Assembly: GCA_045535815.1 (NCBI GenBank) | Contig: JAZSMJ010000066.1 | Location: 890 to 64,889, forward strand | Length of the DNA: 64,000 nucleotides | Reading direction: 5' to 3' | Source: Eubacteriales bacterium | GTDB lineage: Bacteria > Bacillota > Clostridia > Oscillospirales > CAG-272 | Part shown: positions 59,016 to 64,000 of the stretch, piece after piece | Numbering within the stretch: position 1 is the stretch's first letter | Layout: every line of letters starts with the position of its first letter | Made by a program: the position numbers and the translations under genes | The notes under the pieces: model-generated | The model's database searches: none | What the model was told of the DNA's origin: nothing | The model's input: only the letters and a program-made list of their open reading frames with translations

Positions 59016-59492
59016 ATGGCATTTTGCGGAAATTGCGGAACAAAAGTAGAAGAAGGAAAGAAATTCTGTCCCGAGTGCGGAACGGTTATAGCCGCTCAAA
59101 CGGCACAGCAGCCCCAGACACAGGCACAGCAGCCTCAGCAGACTTCACAGATAAAGCTGATGGGTGATGACACAACGTCAAACTTTAATGCAGCGGATAT
59201 CGAAGCCAACAAGATAATGGCAGTTCTTGCGTACATCATCTTCCTCATCCCATTGCTTGCGGCAAAGGAATCACCATTTGCAAAATTTCATACAAATCAG
59301 GGACTTATACTCTTTATAGCAGGTGTTGCGGTGACTTTAGTCGGTGCTATAATCCCGTTCCTGGGCTGGTTTGTTATCCTTCCGTTAGGATGCCTTGCAG
59401 TCGGCGTACTCGGCATTATAGGCATTATCAACGCTATCGGAGGAAAAGCAAAGGAGCTGCCCCTTATCGGTAAATTCAGAATTATAAAATAA
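59016..59492 (+). CDS. Zinc-ribbon protein fused to a DUF4870-like membrane domain
   Basis: CGNCGTKVEEGKKFCPECG; Q-rich linker; ...FHTNQGLILF... TM domain. Confidence 0.7.
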   Translation: MAFCGNCGTKVEEGKKFCPECGTVIAAQTAQQPQTQAQQPQQTSQIKLMGDDTTSNFNAADIEANKIMAVLAYIIFLIPLLAAKESPFAKFHTNQGLILFIAGVAVTLVGAIIPFLGWFVILPLGCLAVGVLGIIGIINAIGGKAKELPLIGKFRIIK

Positions 59493-59522
59493 GACGAGAT
59501 CTTGTAACAGGGGGAATGTATT

Positions 59523-60020
59523 ATGGCAGGAATTTTTGACGGACTTGTAAAGGGACTTGCAAGCCTGGCGCCCCAGGACGATCCCGAAATAAAATTGTTC
59601 AATGCACAAAACGAGCTTAAAGAGCTGAGCGAAAAGGAAGAGGCGATATTTGCTCGGCTCGGACGCAGGCTATATACGGAAAACGGCAAGGATGCATATC
59701 CCGATGAATCGGTACAGCTGAGTGCTATTGCAGCAAGCCGTACGGAAATAGAAGCGAGGATAGTACAGATACGTGAGGAGAAGGCCGCACGTGAAAAGGC
59801 GGAAGAAGAGGCAAGCGCAGCGAGAGAGGCAGAAGAGGCTTTGCGCACCTGCCCGAATTGCGGTCTTGTGAATGCGGAAGGATGCAAATTCTGCGGAGAC
59901 TGCGGAACAAAACTTCCTCAGAAGATTGAAGAGAAAAAGCGTTTTTGCACCGAATGCGGCGAGGAATTGTCGGACGGAATGAAGTTCTGCTCCTCCTGCG
60001 GAGCAAAACAGACGGAATAG
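59523..60020 (+). CDS. Coiled-coil protein with two C-terminal zinc ribbons
   Basis: CPNCG-x7-CKFCGDCG and FCTECG-x8-FCSSCG. Confidence 0.65.
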   Translation: MAGIFDGLVKGLASLAPQDDPEIKLFNAQNELKELSEKEEAIFARLGRRLYTENGKDAYPDESVQLSAIAASRTEIEARIVQIREEKAAREKAEEEASAAREAEEALRTCPNCGLVNAEGCKFCGDCGTKLPQKIEEKKRFCTECGEELSDGMKFCSSCGAKQTE

Positions 60021-60122
60021 TTGATTTGAAGAACTATACGCAATTGATCCTAAGAGAGCAAAAAACGAAAACTCTGTCCAAACTGCGGGCAGTAACTGAA
60101 ATAATAAAAGGAGATTTTACCT

Positions 60123-60527
60123 ATGAAGAAAATATTGGTTGTTTTACTTTGCACAGTGATGTTGTTATCACTTGCTTCCTGCGGCGGAAGCTCAAATGAA
60201 AAAGCAATTGTCGGCACGTGGAAATTGTTAGATACCGAAACGGAAACGGAATACGGTCTGGGAATGGAATTCACAAAGGACGGCAAGCTTCGTTACGGAC
60301 TTACCGAAGACGTTTTTGAACAGCTGGCAGATGGCGAGGACGTCGATGACGTTACGGCAGGATTGGACATACTTATGAGCATTGACTACGAAATAGAGAG
60401 CGATACTGAAATGAAGGTCACCGTCAGTGCACTGTTTGGACTTGCCAAAGAGGCCACTATGATCGAATATTCTCTTAACGGCGATACGCTTGTCTTTGAC
60501 GGCGCTACATATACCCGTGTAAAATAA
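60123..60527 (+). CDS. Small lipoprotein
   Basis: Lipobox LASC, followed by GTWKL lipocalin-like start. Confidence 0.65.
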   Translation: MKKILVVLLCTVMLLSLASCGGSSNEKAIVGTWKLLDTETETEYGLGMEFTKDGKLRYGLTEDVFEQLADGEDVDDVTAGLDILMSIDYEIESDTEMKVTVSALFGLAKEATMIEYSLNGDTLVFDGATYTRVK

Positions 60528-60541
60528 GATCAGGCAAAAAC

Positions 60542-60573
60542 AAAACCCGTAAGGCTCTTCCTTACGGGTTTTA
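60542..60573. terminator. Bidirectional terminator
   Basis: AAAACCCGTAAGG / CCTTACGGGTTTT. Confidence 0.75.
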
Positions 60574-60587
60574 TATATGCTTTTAAA

Positions 60588-61499
60588 TCAAAGGGTATCA
60601 ATAAATCTGCAGGCTGAAAGTGCGGCAATCGCACCGTCTGCAGTTGCGGTAGTTACCTGACGGATGGTCTTCGTTCTGCAGTCTCCTGCGGTAAATATAC
60701 CGGGAGCAGCGCTTGGAACACAGCTTTCATCTGCTATGATATAGCCGTTTTCGTTCAGCTTTACCGCATCGGCAAAGGGCTCGTTATCCGAGACCTGACC
60801 GATTGCAACGAATATACCGTCAAGCTCAAGCTTTTCGGTCTCGCTTGTGTTTTGATTCTTAATAATGATACCATTCAGCTTACCGTCACCGATAAGCTCG
60901 CAAACAACAGCACTCAAAATTATTTTAACGTTTTCTCTCTTATAAAGCTCGGCTGCAAGTCTTTGCTCGCCGGTCAGAAAATCGAGGTTTTGTACAAGGT
61001 AAACGGTCTTGCAGGAAGAGGCGAGGAGTATTGCCTCCTGAAGCGCAGAGTTTCCGCCGCCTATGACCGCAACGGTCTTATCCTTGTAAAAGGCACCGTC
61101 GCATACCGCACAGTATGAAACTCCCTCACCGGTAAGCTCATCCTCACGCTCAAGACCGAGTGTGCGGTGCTTTGATCCGGTTGCTATTATTACCGCTTTG
61201 CCCTTGTATTCGCCGTTTTCTCCTTTAACGGTGAAGTCACCGCCCTCACCGCTGATTGCAGTTGCACGGTCAAGCTCTATCTCAGCTCCCTGAGATAGAG
61301 CTTGCTCTACCATTTTATCTGCTATTTCGTTACCGCTTGCCGTAGGGAAGCCGGGATAGTTCTCAACCAGGGGAGAGTGGGTTATCTGACCCCCGAAGGT
61401 CTCTTTTTCGAGGATCAGAACTGTTTTTTCGGCTCTGCGTGCGTATATTGCCGCAGTCAGACCGGCAGGTCCTGCACCGATAACTATAATATCGTACAT
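60588..61499 (-). CDS. trxB: Thioredoxin-disulfide reductase
   Basis: GAGPAG FAD motif; redox-active CAVCDG; GGGNSA NADPH motif. Confidence 0.9.
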   Translation of the reverse strand: MYDIIVIGAGPAGLTAAIYARRAEKTVLILEKETFGGQITHSPLVENYPGFPTASGNEIADKMVEQALSQGAEIELDRATAISGEGGDFTVKGENGEYKGKAVIIATGSKHRTLGLEREDELTGEGVSYCAVCDGAFYKDKTVAVIGGGNSALQEAILLASSCKTVYLVQNLDFLTGEQRLAAELYKRENVKIILSAVVCELIGDGKLNGIIIKNQNTSETEKLELDGIFVAIGQVSDNEPFADAVKLNENGYIIADESCVPSAAPGIFTAGDCRTKTIRQVTTATADGAIAALSACRFIDTL

Positions 61500-61510
61500 T
61501 ATATCCTCCG

Positions 61511-63886
61511 TTATGCGCGCGATTCTGTAAATGCACGGATATTGGAGAGGTTGGGTATCTTTTCTACCTGTCCGCCGGAAATACTAACCAGAGTGGGTGC
61601 CTGACGGATATCGTACTGCTTTGCAAGCTCGGGATCCTCTTCAGCTACTACCTTCTCGAATGCAATGCCTGCTTTTTCGAGGAAGTGAACTGCCATCTTA
61701 CAGTTGGGGCAGTTTGCGGATGCAAAGAGTATCAGCTTGTCTGCCTCAGCGGATTCGCAGCAGCATTCTGCTTTATCTTCAGATACACAGCGTGCGGGGT
61801 CAACGTTTTCAAACTTTTCGGGATTGTAGACCTTACGGTCCTTGTATTCCTGGCTCTTACCGCTGTTCCAGTTCTGAACAGGACGGTAGTAGCCTGTTAT
61901 ACGGCTGTATACCTCGGTCTTCTCACCGCATTCGGGGCAGGTGAATTTCTCGCCTGCGATGTATCCGTGATTCTTACAGATAGAATACGTGGGAGAGAGA
62001 GTATAATAAGGAAGCTTATAATTTTCTGCGATCTTGCGTATAAGCGATGCGGCACTCTTCCAGCTCGGAAGCTTTTCACCGAGAAATGCATGGAATACCG
62101 TTCCCGACGTATAGAGTGTCTGAAGCTCGTCCTGAATATCGAGAGCTGCAAATATATCGTCTGTGTATCCAACGGGAAGGTGAGATGAGTTGGTGTAGTA
62201 GGGTGTCGCATCTTCCTTGTCGGATGCAGTTATTATTTCGGGATAACGCTGAACGTCGTGCTTTGCAAGACGGTAGCTTGTAGATTCAGCAGGAGTTGCT
62301 TCAAGGTTGTAAAGATCGCCGTACATTTCCTGATAGTCGGAGAGGCGCTCACGCATATGATTGAGAACGTCCTTTGCAAACTGCTGCGTCTTTTCATTTG
62401 TCATATCAGCACGGATCCACTTTGCGTTAAGTCCTGCTTCGTTCATACCTACAAGACCTATAGTAGAGAAGTGGTTATTAAACGTGCCGAGATAACGCTT
62501 TGTATAGGGATAAAGACCTTCGTCAAGAAGTCTTGTTATAACCTTACGCTTGATGCTGAGCGAGCGTGCGGAGATATCCATAAGCTTGTCAAGTCTTGCG
62601 TAGAAGTCAGCCTCGTCCTCTGCGAGATATGCAATTCTCGGGATGTTGATGGTAACAACGCCGATAGAACCGGTGCTCTCACCGCTTCCGAAGAAGCCGC
62701 CCGACTTTTTGCGGAGCTCACGAAGGTCAAGACGGAGACGGCAGCACATACTTCTGACGTCGCTGGGCTCCATATCGCTGTTTATATAGTTTGAGAAATA
62801 GGGAGTGCCGTACTTGGAGGTCATCTCGAAGAGAAGACGGTTGTTTTCGGTTTCCGACCAGTCGAAATCTCTTGTTATCGAATAGGTGGGGATAGGATAC
62901 TGGAAGCCTCTGCCGTTGGCGTCACCGTCGATCATGGTCTCGATGAAGGCCTTGTTTATCATATCCATTTCCTTCTTGCAGTCCTTATACTTGAAGGGCA
63001 TCTCAACACCGCCGACTATAGCGTTGAGCTCAGCGATATCATTCGGTACAGTCCAGTCAAGAGTGATGTTGGTAAAGGGAGCCTGCGTACCCCATCTGGA
63101 GGGTGTATTTACACCGTAAATGAAGGACTCAATGCACTTCTTTACCTGGTCGTAGCTTAAATTATCAGCCTTGACGAAGGGAGCGAGATAGGTATCAAAC
63201 GATGAGAATGCCTGAGCGCCTGCCCATTCGTTCTGCATGATACCGAGGAAGTTTACCATCTGGTTGCAGAGGGTAGCAAGATGCTTTGCAGGAGCGGAGG
63301 TTATCTTACCCGTAACACCGCCAAGACCTACCTGGATAAGCTGCTTGAGCGACCAACCTGCACAGTATCCCGTGAGCATTGAAAGGTCGTGAATGTGTAT
63401 GGATGCATCCTTGTGAGCGGATGCTATTTCGTTATCGTATATCTCAGACAGCCAGTAATTTGCCGTTATAGCGCCTGAGTTGCTGAGTATAAGTCCGCCG
63501 ACAGAATACGTAACGGTGGAGTTTTCCTTAACTCTCCAGTCGGTAGCGTTAACATAATCGTTAACGGTATCCTTATAGTCAAGGTATGTGTTTTTGATGC
63601 TGCGGAGCTTTTCGTGCTGACGGCGGTAAAGGATGTATGCCTTTGCAACGTCATCGTAGCCTGCCTGAACGAGCACAGACTCAACGCTGTCCTGGATATC
63701 CTCGACAACTATCTTTCCGTCTTTTATTTTGGGTTCAAAGTTTGCAGTTACCTTCAAAGCAAGAAAATCGATAATGTCTTCATTAAAGTTTCTCTGCTGT
63801 GCTTCGAATGCAAGCTGTATTGCATTGCTGATCTTTTTTAAGTCAAAATCTACTATTTTGCCGTCTCTTTTAAGAACTGAATACAT
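61511..63886 (-). CDS. nrdD: Anaerobic (class III) ribonucleoside-triphosphate reductase with a fused C-terminal thioredoxin/glutaredoxin-like domain
   Basis: ATP-cone N-terminus; zinc site CPECG; glycyl-radical motif SRITGYYRPV; then a ~110-aa extension with CCC and CPNC (...ILFASANCPNCKMAVHFLEKAGI...). Confidence 0.9.
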   Translation of the reverse strand: MYSVLKRDGKIVDFDLKKISNAIQLAFEAQQRNFNEDIIDFLALKVTANFEPKIKDGKIVVEDIQDSVESVLVQAGYDDVAKAYILYRRQHEKLRSIKNTYLDYKDTVNDYVNATDWRVKENSTVTYSVGGLILSNSGAITANYWLSEIYDNEIASAHKDASIHIHDLSMLTGYCAGWSLKQLIQVGLGGVTGKITSAPAKHLATLCNQMVNFLGIMQNEWAGAQAFSSFDTYLAPFVKADNLSYDQVKKCIESFIYGVNTPSRWGTQAPFTNITLDWTVPNDIAELNAIVGGVEMPFKYKDCKKEMDMINKAFIETMIDGDANGRGFQYPIPTYSITRDFDWSETENNRLLFEMTSKYGTPYFSNYINSDMEPSDVRSMCCRLRLDLRELRKKSGGFFGSGESTGSIGVVTINIPRIAYLAEDEADFYARLDKLMDISARSLSIKRKVITRLLDEGLYPYTKRYLGTFNNHFSTIGLVGMNEAGLNAKWIRADMTNEKTQQFAKDVLNHMRERLSDYQEMYGDLYNLEATPAESTSYRLAKHDVQRYPEIITASDKEDATPYYTNSSHLPVGYTDDIFAALDIQDELQTLYTSGTVFHAFLGEKLPSWKSAASLIRKIAENYKLPYYTLSPTYSICKNHGYIAGEKFTCPECGEKTEVYSRITGYYRPVQNWNSGKSQEYKDRKVYNPEKFENVDPARCVSEDKAECCCESAEADKLILFASANCPNCKMAVHFLEKAGIAFEKVVAEEDPELAKQYDIRQAPTLVSISGGQVEKIPNLSNIRAFTESRA

Positions 63887-64000
63887 AGCTTAAATCCCCT
63901 TGATATATTTATTTGCGTTATATCTTTGCTAAAGCGTCCTGCAAAAATACCGCATAAGTCTCACGATACATAGTATAACACATATAAAACAAAAAATCAA

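Noticed and set aside
57444-59887. Minus-strand ORFs 57444-58130 (228 aa) and 59297-59887 (196 aa)
   Set aside because: They lie antisense to the zinc-ribbon genes. Their Ser/Arg/Leu-rich translations are typical of the reverse frame.
63887-64000. NrdR box upstream of nrdD (ACATAGTATAACACAT region)
   Set aside because: It matches only about half of the positions of the NrdR consensus as I recall it, in AT-rich DNA. I cannot support it without a scan.

Overview
64-kb chromosomal window from a spore-forming Clostridia-type Firmicute (spo0A, cotJA/B/C, cwlD, ytfJ, scpAB, mutSL, miaB and nrdD are present). I see three blocks. (i) 1 to ~6.8 kb, all on the minus strand, is the edge of an integrated plasmid/ICE-like element. 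It has a ParB-like protein, a replication-type HTH protein and a serine recombinase truncated after ~46 codons, and carries a cargo of paralogous secreted proteins. (ii) ~6.8-18.4 kb is a visibly AT-rich accessory island. It holds a non-canonical RiPP-like cassette: discrete PqqD/RRE, radical SAM-SPASM enzyme, a cytoplasmic SipW-like peptidase fused to a nucleotidyltransferase, and an HPr-kinase-like P-loop protein. It also holds a 58-aa leader-like peptide ORF that the ORF track misses, located behind an ArsR-type regulator, plus an ACP + FkbH-like pair, several HTH regulators, a recurring operator-like 10-mer in five intergenic regions of the island, and a candidate ~210-nt structured RNA with its own promoter and terminator. 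(iii) 18.4-64 kb is mostly ordinary core genome: amino-acid ABC transporter, lon, engB, lysA, scpAB, sporulation genes, radA, cca, tgt, mutL/mutS, miaB, holA, SNF transporter, trxB, nrdD. Its oddities are a cotJC truncated to 67 codons, five consecutive zinc-ribbon genes, an NrdD with a fused thioredoxin-like tail next to trxB, and a GC-rich hairpin cluster. I saw no rRNA, tRNA or CRISPR array. All family assignments come from motif recognition by eye. No searches, alignments or folding programs were run, and composition statements are qualitative.
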